Virus record (IMG/VR): IMGVR_UViG_3300020582_000014
Location: 1-43,054 of that record
Strand: one strand, 5' to 3'
From: a virus
Taxonomy: Duplodnaviria; Caudoviricetes
Length of the DNA stretch: 43,054 nucleotides
The position numbers and the translations under genes are program-made. Under the pieces are notes generated by a model, which did not search any database, was not told the DNA's origin, and saw nothing but the letters and a program-made list of their open reading frames with translations. Below, piece after piece: positions 27,426 through 35,836 of the stretch. Each line of letters opens with the position of its first letter. The first letter of the stretch is position 1.

Positions 27426-27929
27426 TCACTTGACCTTGATGATCAGACCGGGTTCGGCATTGCTCAGTGAAAGGCCAGGAATTTCGCGATGGGCCATCAG
27501 CGCCTCGCGGATCGCCACGCGATTGGGCTCGGTAGTGACGCGGACAAACTCAGCCGGGAGCGTGTTGACGTCGACCTCGCCGACGATCTTCGGCTGACCG
27601 GCGCGCTGCGACAGCGTGGCTTCGGCAAGCTCGATCTTGCGCAGGTCGGCAGACTGCAACACCTTCAGCATCAAGGCGCGCAGAAAGTCGGCGCGACGGC
27701 TGAACCGGCCACGGCGTTCCGTCATGGTGGCGATGCGCTGCGTCAGCGCCGCCATCATCGACAGGGTGTCGTGCATCTTGTCGGCTAGTCCCGCCAGCGC
27801 CTCGCGAAGGTCGGTCTGGCCGTCGAGCATGTCGAGGCGTAGCGTCTCGTCTTCGATGAGGTCGGGAAAGTCGCGCAGCATCGCTTCGATCTGGCGACGA
27901 AGCTCATCGATGTTAAACATGTTTGCCAT
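27426..27929 (-). CDS. Siphovirus Gp157-family protein
   Basis: DMLDGQTD, coiled coil, LPAEFVRV..EPNRVAIREAL...IPG; next to Sak. Confidence 0.8.
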   Translation of the reverse strand: MANMFNIDELRRQIEAMLRDFPDLIEDETLRLDMLDGQTDLREALAGLADKMHDTLSMMAALTQRIATMTERRGRFSRRADFLRALMLKVLQSADLRKIELAEATLSQRAGQPKIVGEVDVNTLPAEFVRVTTEPNRVAIREALMAHREIPGLSLSNAEPGLIIKVK

Positions 27930-28098
27930 CCGCTCTGTCGAGCACTTCGGAAAGCTTGTCGCGGGTTGCCTCAAGGAGGGGATACAGCGCCCTGATCTGC
28001 GGCTTCGTCAGCTTTTGGAAGAAGCACGCGTCGAGGTGCATGCGAATGACCCGCTCCTGCAGCATGGGCGCGACTTCGGTCTTGGCTAGCCGCAACAT
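27913..28098 (-). CDS. Hypothetical protein
   Basis: 61 aa; TGATG coupling. Confidence 0.5.
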   Translation of the reverse strand: MLRLAKTEVAPMLQERVIRMHLDACFFQKLTKPQIRALYPLLEATRDKLSEVLDRADGKHV

Positions 28099-28538
28099 CA
28101 GCCCCTCCCCTGTGACCAACGCAGCAGCACCTTCTCGGAGATACGCATGCGCAACAGATCGACGTCGTCGGCAACGAGCGGCCTGAAGATGACCCAGCGT
28201 TCGATCTTGCGGATGGCGTGCAGCACCGTGGTGTGATTTCTCACGCCGACCTGCCAGCCGATCTGCTGCATTGAAAAGCGGGTGTGCTTGTAGGCGAGGA
28301 AGCAAAACATCTGGCGGCTGAAAGAGACATCGGCGAAGCGACTTCGGCTATCGAGTTCGCCGGGTTCGAGGCCGTAGAATTCGCAGACGCTGTCCCTGAT
28401 CTCGCGCATCATTGGGCGCTTGGTTTCGAGAAACGCCAGCAGGCGATCCAGCACTTCGCCGTCGTCGGGATAGCGACCGGACTGTTCCTCGACGGCATGC
28501 CTCAGCGCCAGCGGCGCGACAGCGACACTCTCGTGCAT
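28098..28538 (-). CDS. DnaA C-terminal (domain IV) HTH protein
   Basis: SRSR...RQMFCFLA...SMQQIG..VG.RNHTTVLHAIRKI. Confidence 0.85.
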   Translation of the reverse strand: MHESVAVAPLALRHAVEEQSGRYPDDGEVLDRLLAFLETKRPMMREIRDSVCEFYGLEPGELDSRSRFADVSFSRQMFCFLAYKHTRFSMQQIGWQVGVRNHTTVLHAIRKIERWVIFRPLVADDVDLLRMRISEKVLLRWSQGRG

Positions 28539-28560
28539 CTCGAACTTCCTTTGAAAAGCT

Positions 28561-28779
28561 TCAGTCTTCGTAACCGGCCTGACACCACAGCTTGGCCGGG
28601 GCAGAGCAGTGCTTCTTTTTCAAAGCGTCGTTCATTTTCTTGAAGTAGCGCGCGGGGAAGGAGTGGGCTTGCCCGGTCCAATAATAGACGTTCTTGGTCG
28701 TGGCATTGGTCAGCTTGACGACTTCGGGAATTCCGCCGAGGACGGCAACGACCTCACGAACATTTTGGAGACGACGCAT
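28561..28779 (-). CDS. Cro-like repressor
   Basis: VVAVLGGIPEVVKL...VYYW...FPA; divergent from CI-like gene. Confidence 0.7.
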   Translation of the reverse strand: MRRLQNVREVVAVLGGIPEVVKLTNATTKNVYYWTGQAHSFPARYFKKMNDALKKKHCSAPAKLWCQAGYED

Positions 28780-28786
28780 GACGCAC

Positions 28787-28856
28787 ATCCCAATGATTGT
28801 GAATTGAGGGAAAGATACGCCTTCAGGAATATCTAGCAATACCCAAAAATCTAGAA
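28787..28856. promoter_or_regulatory. O_R-like operators
   Basis: ATCCCA-ATGAT-TGTGAA (28787-28803) and TACCCA-AAAAT-CTAGAA (28840-28856). Confidence 0.65.
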
Positions 28857-28944
28857 AAATTTGACCTACGTTAGAACGGTTGGTCATATTTGGTGTTATA
28901 TATTGACGGTTGCGGGAGCCGGAACTGCAAGGGGGTACTCGAAG

Positions 28945-29352
28945 GTGACTGTTTTTGTTGTTTTTTCGAAGGAGGACTATCGCAAACGCCTTCGGCTTTT
29001 GCGGCTGATTTACAACATGAACCAGACCCAGTTCGCATCCTTCATCGGCATCGGATACAAGAGGTGGTCGCACTACGAACGTGGCTACCCGATCCCGCGC
29101 GAGGCCGCTTGGGCGCTGCGGAAAAGAATACCGGACTTCTCGACAGACTGGTTGTGGTTCGATGACACCAGAGCCCTCTCGCCCTACTTTAGGCAGCGCT
29201 TGAGGGATGTTGAGCGATGGGAAAGCAAGGAGAAACTTGCCCAGCGCGCTGCCAAGCGCGCCGCCAAATCGAACGGGAAGCTACCCCGTAGCAACCGGAT
29301 CAGCGCGACCGACAAGCCTTCCAAGCGGAAGAAGGGCGCCAAGTCAGGCTGA
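28945..29352 (+). CDS. CI-like XRE repressor without S24 peptidase domain (start uncertain)
   Basis: RLRLLR...MNQTQFASFIGIGYKRWSHYERG...STDWLWF; basic C-tail. Confidence 0.75.
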   Translation: MTVFVVFSKEDYRKRLRLLRLIYNMNQTQFASFIGIGYKRWSHYERGYPIPREAAWALRKRIPDFSTDWLWFDDTRALSPYFRQRLRDVERWESKEKLAQRAAKRAAKSNGKLPRSNRISATDKPSKRKKGAKSG

Positions 29353-29523
29353 CGCATCCCGCGCATGACGCTCGCGCCGCATTCCCAGCAACTGTTCGAC
29401 AAGAACGGGCAGCACGCGAAGGATATCTCGGCAGGCGTCGGCATCATCGAGCGGGAAAAAGGACGCCATCTCAGCGGCTATGCTCTCAACATTGATTTCG
29501 TCATTGTGAAAATGCTCGACCAT
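29344..29523 (-). CDS. 59-aa hypothetical protein convergent with repressor
   Basis: GAGGG RBS; MVEHFHNDEINVESIAAEMASFFPLDD...; below ORF-track cut-off. Confidence 0.5.
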   Translation of the reverse strand: MVEHFHNDEINVESIAAEMASFFPLDDADACRDILRVLPVLVEQLLGMRRERHARDASA

Positions 29524-29633
29524 GGCGGTGTCACCCTCGTTTGATCGTCCTCCGGTGGTATATTTTATCTATATCCAGATGCCGCTTATAGGGCATTATG
29601 CCCGATTTATTGGGGCTGCGCTTCTGACCTAAA

Positions 29634-29674
29634 TTCTAGATTTTTGAGTATTGTGAATTCCCAATCTATGGGAA
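29634..29674. promoter_or_regulatory. O_L-like operators
   Basis: TTCTAG-ATTTT-TGAGTA and perfect TTCCCA-ATCTA-TGGGAA; 29634-29653 is 19/20 inverted to 28837-28856. Confidence 0.75.
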
Positions 29675-29717
29675 TAGTCTCCCGCTCCCTTTTTGTGCCG
29701 AACGGGAGACAACGAAC

Positions 29718-30053
29718 ATGGCAGCACAAGGTTTCGCGGAAGTTGATCGTGCTATCGCAGAATTGCGGCGCGGTAGGCCCGACACCAATGTTGACGTTTT
29801 GCCGCCCGCCTACGGTGACCAACATCGAGACGCGGTCAACGCCTGCATCGAGGGGCTGTCGAACGACCTGTTCGAAAAAACCAGAACCCTCGAAAAGATA
29901 CTGCAGGCCATCGCGCAGCGCGCGCTGCAGAGCGCAGCCCGGTGCAAGCATGAGATGGAGGAGCACATCGCGCTTTGCGGTCGCCTCAATCAGGAAATCC
30001 TGCGGCTGCAGGACGTGGTTGGCGAGATCGAGAGCAAGGCTCATGACCTTTAA
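29718..30053 (+). CDS. Coiled-coil hypothetical protein
   Basis: GGAG RBS; first gene after operators. Confidence 0.65.
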   Translation: MAAQGFAEVDRAIAELRRGRPDTNVDVLPPAYGDQHRDAVNACIEGLSNDLFEKTRTLEKILQAIAQRALQSAARCKHEMEEHIALCGRLNQEILRLQDVVGEIESKAHDL

Positions 30054-30276
30054 CGAGCCGATGTACCTCGTCATCGAGGCGTTTCGCGGCACGACACCGT
30101 TTTTCCGCGAGGTCGACCTCGACCGCACCTCCCTTGGCACCGTCTGCAAAGACCTTCGGGACGGCCAATACCGGGATGTGCTGGCCGTCATCGAGATCGA
30201 CATTGCCAACCACACCAGCCGCGAGGCCACCCATGAATTCGCGCCCCTCCTCCAAGATCACCGCGACCCTGACTGA
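30043..30276 (+). CDS. Hypothetical protein
   Basis: FREVDLDRTS...DGQY..VLAVIE. Confidence 0.6.
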   Translation: MTFNEPMYLVIEAFRGTTPFFREVDLDRTSLGTVCKDLRDGQYRDVLAVIEIDIANHTSREATHEFAPLLQDHRDPD

Positions 30277-30508
30277 CCTGTTGACCAGTCACGAATACAA
30301 CGATGTCACCGGCACGGTGACCACCAATGTGTGCGACGGCCTGTTCGCCATCGCAGGCGCGCTCAACCGTGTCGCCACGGCTTACGAACGCAGTGCCGAC
30401 GCGATTGAAAAATCGACCATGATGCAGATGCAGATGGCGGCGCAGGCCCAGCAGCGCAGCGAGATGATCGTCTCCCTGATGGAGAGCACCCGTGGGCATG
30501 ACGCTTGA
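30233..30508 (+). CDS. Hypothetical protein
   Basis: NVCDGLFAIAGALNRVA. Confidence 0.55.
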   Translation: MNSRPSSKITATLTDLLTSHEYNDVTGTVTTNVCDGLFAIAGALNRVATAYERSADAIEKSTMMQMQMAAQAQQRSEMIVSLMESTRGHDA

Positions 30509-30719
30509 GCGTTGGCAGTTCGAGGTCAGCAACCACCTGCAGATGATCGAGGCGGGCGCCGAGATGTGCGAGCGCCACACCAAGGCGCTGCCGATCCGGC
30601 CCGGTTTCCGAACGCTTGCCGAAGATGAGATGGAGCGGTGCGAGGTGACGTTGCTGCGGGCGCTGATGCGCTTGCGCAAGGCGCGGGCCATCTACCGCAG
30701 GAAGGAGATCGACGCATGA
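30498..30719 (+). CDS. Hypothetical protein
   Basis: Coupled to xis. Confidence 0.55.
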   Translation: MTLERWQFEVSNHLQMIEAGAEMCERHTKALPIRPGFRTLAEDEMERCEVTLLRALMRLRKARAIYRRKEIDA

Positions 30720-30979
30720 GTGACGAGCCCCGCCGCATGCTGACCGTTGCCCAAGTGCTGGAGATCGTCCCGGTGCGCCGCACGACGCTGTTCAAGATGG
30801 AGCGGAGGGGCGCTTTCCCGGCCAGCCACTACGCCAGCCCCAACCGTCGCTTCTGGTTCGCTGACGAGGTCGCGGCATGGCAACAGACCTTGCCCGTCAA
30901 TAGCCGCATCCTCCGTCAACCGCGTTCAGGAAGCGCCGGATCAGCAGACAAGCCCGTTCAGGGGCGTTCAGACTACTGA
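30716..30979 (+). CDS. xis: AlpA-family excisionase
   Basis: MLTVAQVLEIVPVRRTTLFKMERRGAFP...WFADEVAAW. Confidence 0.85.
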   Translation: MSDEPRRMLTVAQVLEIVPVRRTTLFKMERRGAFPASHYASPNRRFWFADEVAAWQQTLPVNSRILRQPRSGSAGSADKPVQGRSDY

Positions 30980-30989
30980 TAGATGGGTG

Positions 30990-31251
30990 TCTAGTGCCTA
31001 TCTAGTGCCCAGCGGGCTTTGGGCGCCTTTCGTTCACATCCACGATTATTCAAGAAGTGCCTGCGGCAGAAGGACTTTTCGCATTTTTGGCGAGGGATTT
31101 TTTGTGCTTGACCGCATCACAGAACGGCTCGATAATGATGTCAAGTTGAACCGGGATGAACAGACAAAAGCCTTGTGGAATAGGCACTTCCCGTTAGCCT
31201 CGGTTATCCCGGTTCAACTCGATTTCGCTGTCTCTAGTGCCCGGCACTAGA
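30990..31251. other. attP region with integrase arm-type sites
   Basis: TCTAGTGCC at 30990, 31001 and 31233, inverted at 31243; between xis and int; crossover core not identified. Confidence 0.75.
31108..31136 (+). promoter_or_regulatory. sigma70-like promoter upstream of int
   Basis: TTGACC-N17-GATAAT. Confidence 0.5.
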
Positions 31252-31271
31252 ACTCCAAAAAGGGAAAACCG

Positions 31272-32624
31272 ATGCCGTTGATCACCACAAACACCGTTAC
31301 CGCCAAGGTCGCGAAACGCACCAAGACCTTCGACAGCAAGTGCCCCGGCCTCTATGTCAGCGTCCTGCCCCCGAAGGGGGACGCCCAGCATGGCCGGGCG
31401 ACCTTCTTTTTCAAATACTGGAACAAGAAACTCGGCAAGCAGGAGCAGGTCGAGATTGGCGTCTACGATCCGAAGGGCTGGACCGTCGAACTGGCCCGCG
31501 CCAAGGCGAACGACCTCTCTGGCCGCGCCGGGTTGGGTCACAACATCAAGAACGAAGTCAGGATCAAGAAAACGGTCAGCGGCAGCACCGTCAGTCAGAT
31601 GATCGATGACTGGATCGCCGAAGTCAGTGCCCTCGAAAAAAAGGCGGATGGCGAGATGCGCCCGGTTCTCGAAAGCTGGAAGAATGTCGAGGGTTTTTTA
31701 AACCGTGAAGTGCGCCCCGCCATTGGCTTCATGGCTCCGGCAGATGTCACCAACAACGACATCGCCCAAATCCAGCTTCATATCGCCAAGCGTTCGACCA
31801 GCGGAGCACGGCAGACCCGCAGCGCCATGAAGCGCGTGTTCAAGTGGGGCGCCGAAGCTGGGCGTCCCTACGGCCTGCCCTGCAGCCCGGTCCACAACCT
31901 CCCGAGTGTCAAGAAGGAACACCCGTCCACGAACGTCCTGTTCGAGGACGAAATCCGCACGCTGTGGTGGGGCCTTGATCACCCCGACGTTCCCTGCACC
32001 CGCACCATCGCGCTGGGCATCAAATTCGAACTGGTGACGATGCTGCGCTCGAAAGAGTTTCTGGGCTCTCGCAAATCTTTCATCATCGGTCGCGGCACTG
32101 AGGCGGCGGTCTGGCGCGTGCCCATGAAGTTCGTCAAGAAGCGCCGCGTCATTGAACAGCCGCTCAACAGCCTCGCCGCCGAAATCATCGAGGAGGCCCT
32201 GTCACTTCATAACCGTGAAGTGATCTTCGCGCCGCGTGCGCTCGATCCCGACGCCATCCACGACCGCAATGCGCTTTCCAACGCACTCATCGGCAAGCGG
32301 GACAAGAAAAAGAGGACCATCCGACCGGGCGTCATCAAGTTTCTCGGCCTGAAAGATTTCACGCCGCACGACCTTCGGCGCACCGCTGCCTCGCTGTGTG
32401 GCGATCTCGGTTTTTCCGACGCGCAGATCGCGAAGTGCCTCGACCATCAGAAGGGCGCTGGCGAAAACGTGGAGCAAGTGCCGAGTGTCACCGGCAAAGT
32501 CTATGTGCATTCCAAACGGCTCAAGGAGAAGCGGGCCGTGCTCGACGCTCTGGATGCCGAACTGCGCCGGATCATCGGCAAGCGACCGGCGGTCGCCCGG
32601 TCGCCCCTGCATCTCGCTGCTTGA
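31272..32624 (+). CDS. int: Tyrosine integrase with arm-binding N-terminal domain
   Basis: DSKCPGLYVSV..IGVY arm domain; TMLR, PHDLRRT, LDH, VY catalytic residues. Confidence 0.95.
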   Translation: MPLITTNTVTAKVAKRTKTFDSKCPGLYVSVLPPKGDAQHGRATFFFKYWNKKLGKQEQVEIGVYDPKGWTVELARAKANDLSGRAGLGHNIKNEVRIKKTVSGSTVSQMIDDWIAEVSALEKKADGEMRPVLESWKNVEGFLNREVRPAIGFMAPADVTNNDIAQIQLHIAKRSTSGARQTRSAMKRVFKWGAEAGRPYGLPCSPVHNLPSVKKEHPSTNVLFEDEIRTLWWGLDHPDVPCTRTIALGIKFELVTMLRSKEFLGSRKSFIIGRGTEAAVWRVPMKFVKKRRVIEQPLNSLAAEIIEEALSLHNREVIFAPRALDPDAIHDRNALSNALIGKRDKKKRTIRPGVIKFLGLKDFTPHDLRRTAASLCGDLGFSDAQIAKCLDHQKGAGENVEQVPSVTGKVYVHSKRLKEKRAVLDALDAELRRIIGKRPAVARSPLHLAA

Positions 32625-32632
32625 CGCAAAGC

Positions 32633-32667
32633 GGGCGTGACGGTGGTCCGATAACCGCGTCACGCCC
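32633..32667. terminator. GC-rich hairpin after int (no U-tract)
   Basis: GGGCGTGAC...GTCACGCCC between convergent genes. Confidence 0.4.
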
Positions 32668-32725
32668 TGACCATCGAAACCTCCAAAGACAGTCTCAATG
32701 GCTGCTACAACGATATCATCATACT

Positions 32726-33127
32726 TCAGAGCTTCCTAAGCTTGTCGGCGGCGATCAGGATCGCCGCGACAGCGATCTTGAAGTAGTCGGCGTCCAAGTG
32801 CTTCTCAAGAAAGGCGATGTCGCCGACGAAGCCCCGCCCCTCCTCGCGGATCATCCCCTCGGCCAACAGAGCCTTGACCGCCCGGTCGGCGTTGGTTCGC
32901 GGAATGCCTAAATGCTTCTCAATGTCTGCGACTTTTAGCGGCTGGCCACCGCACCCGTCATTCAGGCGGATCGCCATCGCGACCCACCATTGCTCAAACA
33001 ATCTGCTGAAATTTTTCTTGCTGCGAAATGCGCGCCGAACGCCCGCCACGATGGAAACCATCATTTCCGATACGATGACAGACTGTCGGTAGCGCTTCGC
33101 GAGCGCGCCCGAGATCGCTTTTGCCAT
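32726..33127 (-). CDS. Winged-helix regulator
   Basis: LKVADIEKHLGIPRTNADRAVKALLAEGMIREEG; upstream palindrome GACCAA-T-TTGGTC at 33171-33183. Confidence 0.7.
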   Translation of the reverse strand: MAKAISGALAKRYRQSVIVSEMMVSIVAGVRRAFRSKKNFSRLFEQWWVAMAIRLNDGCGGQPLKVADIEKHLGIPRTNADRAVKALLAEGMIREEGRGFVGDIAFLEKHLDADYFKIAVAAILIAADKLRKL

Positions 33128-33357
33128 AGTCCCCAGTCTCCTGCTGATTTGTTTTTCTTAGTTTTTTCCCGACCAATTTGGTCATTTTAGAAAACGCCCC
33201 GGCAGGTTCGTCATTTTCTCGACCATTGGCAATCGCCCCAAAGGCCAACGTGATCCCACCACGCAAACCAGCCGCTGCCAACCGTCAACAACGCTGCAAT
33301 GCGATGTTTCGAAACTGTGAAAGGACGGCTGACCTATCGTGATTATAAAAACAACCG

Positions 33358-33449
33358 TTCCTGATTTTTGGGAATAAACCTCTCGGTCGCTTGTTTCCGT
33401 TACAATGTTGCCGCAAAGGTTGCATGAGAGTATTCCCATAGAATGCGAT
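33358..33449. promoter_or_regulatory. Two operator-family sites upstream of the HTH operon
   Basis: TTCCTG-ATTTT-TGGGAA (33358-33374) and TTCCCA-TAGAA-TGCGAT (33433-33449). Confidence 0.65.
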
Positions 33450-33468
33450 ACCTCAAGGGAGCCCACGG

Positions 33469-34167
33469 ATGGCAAAATCACCACCCCCGCCGGAACATCA
33501 CCGCTTCAGGATCACCTGTGAGTGCGACGTTGCCAATCTCGGCGTCGTCATGTTCAGGCTCTCGCATATTGAGGGGCTGACCGTCACTGGCAATGAACTG
33601 ATCACTGAAGTCTCAGCCTTCAACACCCGCCGCTCCTTTGACACTAGCTCGCAGGATTTCCTGCTGGAGTGGATCAAGGAACATCCGACCTTCCGCGCGT
33701 CGGAAGCCGTGAAGCACTTCACCGAGAACGGGCGTACCGCCTCGTCGTGCTATCCGGGGCTGGCCACGCTGGTCGACAAGGGCATCCTGAAGAAGCTCGG
33801 CCCCGGCCAGTACAGCCGCGCCGACGTCAAGGCCATCGCGGCCCCGAAGAAGGGCACCGCGAAAGAGGCCCCGAAGAAGAGAGAGACGTTCGCCAAACCG
33901 GGCCGCGACGTCGTGCTGTCCTACGCCAAGCGCAACCACGGCAGGTTCAACACCCGCAAGATCATCGAGTTGTTCGAAAAGGAAGGCCGCGCACGCAACG
34001 GCGTCTACGGCGCCATCGACGATCTCCTGAAAAAGAGGGTCGCCAAGCGGATTGGGGCCAGCGGATCGGGCGAGTACGTGCTCGTGACCCGCACCGAGAA
34101 GCCTTCCAAGCCGACGACCAACAACACCGCACCACCACAGACTGTCGAGGAGACCTCAAATGGCTAG
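33469..34167 (+). CDS. Tandem winged-helix protein
   Basis: Two similar units ending LVDKGILKKLGPGQY and LLKKRVAKRIGASGSGEY. Confidence 0.65.
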   Translation: MAKSPPPPEHHRFRITCECDVANLGVVMFRLSHIEGLTVTGNELITEVSAFNTRRSFDTSSQDFLLEWIKEHPTFRASEAVKHFTENGRTASSCYPGLATLVDKGILKKLGPGQYSRADVKAIAAPKKGTAKEAPKKRETFAKPGRDVVLSYAKRNHGRFNTRKIIELFEKEGRARNGVYGAIDDLLKKRVAKRIGASGSGEYVLVTRTEKPSKPTTNNTAPPQTVEETSNG

Positions 34168-34516
34168 AGGCTGGCTGACGCGCAGCTACAATTTCATCAA
34201 CAAGGACCCGGAGATCGACCGCTTCCGAACGATCTGGCAGAAAGACCACATCAAGGAGAGCGATCTCGCAGCCCTCGCTGGGCTTGGCGTCGGCACCGTC
34301 AAGAAAATTTTTGGCGGCGACACCAAGAGCCCGCGCCACTCGACGTTCGCAAAGATGGCCGCCGCGATGGGCTATGAGTACGGGCTGACCCGCGAGAGCA
34401 AGCCGAACTACGACACCGAAATCCCGAAGGCGCGTGAAGAGTTCAGGGAGCACAAAGAGATGCTCCGCAAAAAACGCGAGAAGGCCGCGAAGCGCAACAA
34501 TAACAACAAGGAGTGA
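34160..34516 (+). CDS. XRE-type HTH protein
   Basis: ESDLAALAGLGVGTVKKIFGGDTKSPRHST. Confidence 0.75.
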   Translation: MARGWLTRSYNFINKDPEIDRFRTIWQKDHIKESDLAALAGLGVGTVKKIFGGDTKSPRHSTFAKMAAAMGYEYGLTRESKPNYDTEIPKAREEFREHKEMLRKKREKAAKRNNNNKE

Positions 34517-34519
34517 CCA

Positions 34520-34918
34520 ATGGTCAGGCGCAAGGAATTAAAGCTGGGCGTGCAGCGCAAGACGACCAGCGGCGACGGAATGCTCGGGCTGCGGCTGCGC
34601 GCAGCGCGGGTCGAGAAGGGCTGGAGCCAGTCGATGCTGGGCGAGAAGCTCGGCATCACCTTCCAGCAGGTCCAGAAATACGAAAAGGGCACCAACCGTG
34701 TCTCGGCAAGCCGTCTGATGCAGATCGCCGCCCTGCTCGATGTCAGCATGTCATCACTGTTGATGGACAGTGACGCCAAGATCGCGGCGGGACAATTTGC
34801 CGTCGACAAAATGAGCCTCAAAATGCTGAAGCAGCTTAAACTGCTGCCGGACTATATCAAGCCGCACATCCTTGCCCTGATGATCGCCGCTATCGAAAAT
34901 CCTCCCGCCAGAAAGTAA
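34520..34918 (+). CDS. XRE regulator of the alphaproteobacterial PraR-like type
   Basis: SQSMLGEKLGITFQQVQKYEKGTNRVSASRL. Confidence 0.85.
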   Translation: MVRRKELKLGVQRKTTSGDGMLGLRLRAARVEKGWSQSMLGEKLGITFQQVQKYEKGTNRVSASRLMQIAALLDVSMSSLLMDSDAKIAAGQFAVDKMSLKMLKQLKLLPDYIKPHILALMIAAIENPPARK

Positions 34919-34945
34919 AGACTGGCGCGCACAGGGAGCACGCCG

Positions 34946-35245
34946 ATGAATTGGATGCCATCGCTGCGAACGCTTCGTCTCTGTCACTTCGTGGCGGCCG
35001 TGCTCCTGTTGCTGCTTGTGATCATCACCGAACGGCCCGCCCTCGCGCTGCTGCAGGCGGTCCTCGCCGGATACAACATCGGAGCGGGTCTCACGATGAG
35101 TTTCCTGCTGCGCGTGCAGGTCAGTCATCGCGAGATGTGCAAGGCGTTCGGCGCGATGTCGGAACTGAACTGCCAACTGCTCGCCGAGAGATCGGAGTTT
35201 CGGGCCGACGAACCACCGCCGCTGCAGCCCACCACCCTGCACTGA
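34946..35245 (+). CDS. Membrane protein (2 TM)
   Basis: GGAG RBS; two hydrophobic helices. Confidence 0.6.
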   Translation: MNWMPSLRTLRLCHFVAAVLLLLLVIITERPALALLQAVLAGYNIGAGLTMSFLLRVQVSHREMCKAFGAMSELNCQLLAERSEFRADEPPPLQPTTLH

Positions 35246-35256
35246 GGAGAGGCACC

Positions 35257-35580
35257 ATGTATTACGTCCTGCGATTGATCAGCCCAGCGGGCAAGTCGGC
35301 CCGCGCCGACGAAGCCACCCTTGAGGCGCTGACGCTGGCCGCCATTAAAGGCAACGTCGTCAAGGGCCCCTATCTCGAATGGTCAGACCCCGACGCCAAT
35401 CGTGGCATGGGCGCCGAATGCTGGACCGACGACCGGAAGAAAGCCCAGCGCTTCGCCACCTTCAACGAGGCGCTGGCGTGCTGGAAGGCGCAGAGCCTCG
35501 TTCGTCCGATCCGACCGGATGGCAGACCGAACCGACCGCTCACCGCCTACAGCGTCGAGCCTGAGTGCATCGAGGAGTAG
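35257..35580 (+). CDS. Hypothetical protein
   Basis: GAGG RBS; RPDGRPNRPLTAYSV. Confidence 0.65.
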   Translation: MYYVLRLISPAGKSARADEATLEALTLAAIKGNVVKGPYLEWSDPDANRGMGAECWTDDRKKAQRFATFNEALACWKAQSLVRPIRPDGRPNRPLTAYSVEPECIEE

Positions 35581-35581
35581 A

Positions 35582-35836
35582 ATGGCAAACGACGACGTCT
35601 GTTTCGCCGACAACGAGAGTTGCCCTGACTGCGGCTGTTTTATTTTCCGGCCCGGTCCTCGCGGCGGGCTGGCGCAGAACATCGAATGCGTGCGCTGCAA
35701 GAGCAGGTTCAATATCACACGCTGGCCGCATCCGACCGAACGCCTGCCGATTGTCCGCGCCCATCGCATCCCAAGCGAGAAGGACGGCGGCGGCGAGTGG
35801 CGCGAGGATATGTTTCCGAAGGTCGTGCTAGAATGA
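35582..35836 (+). CDS. Zn-ribbon protein
   Basis: CPDCG...GPRGG...CVRC. Confidence 0.65.
   Translation: MANDDVCFADNESCPDCGCFIFRPGPRGGLAQNIECVRCKSRFNITRWPHPTERLPIVRAHRIPSEKDGGGEWREDMFPKVVLE

Noticed and set aside
31125-31146. dif-like look of GGCTCGATAA/TGATGTCAAGT
   Set aside because: The two half-site-like arms lack the 6-bp spacer, and the phage has its own integrase and arm sites
30956-31161. GTTC/GAAC pairs resembling an alphaproteobacterial LexA box
   Set aside because: Spacing is N6, not the required N7
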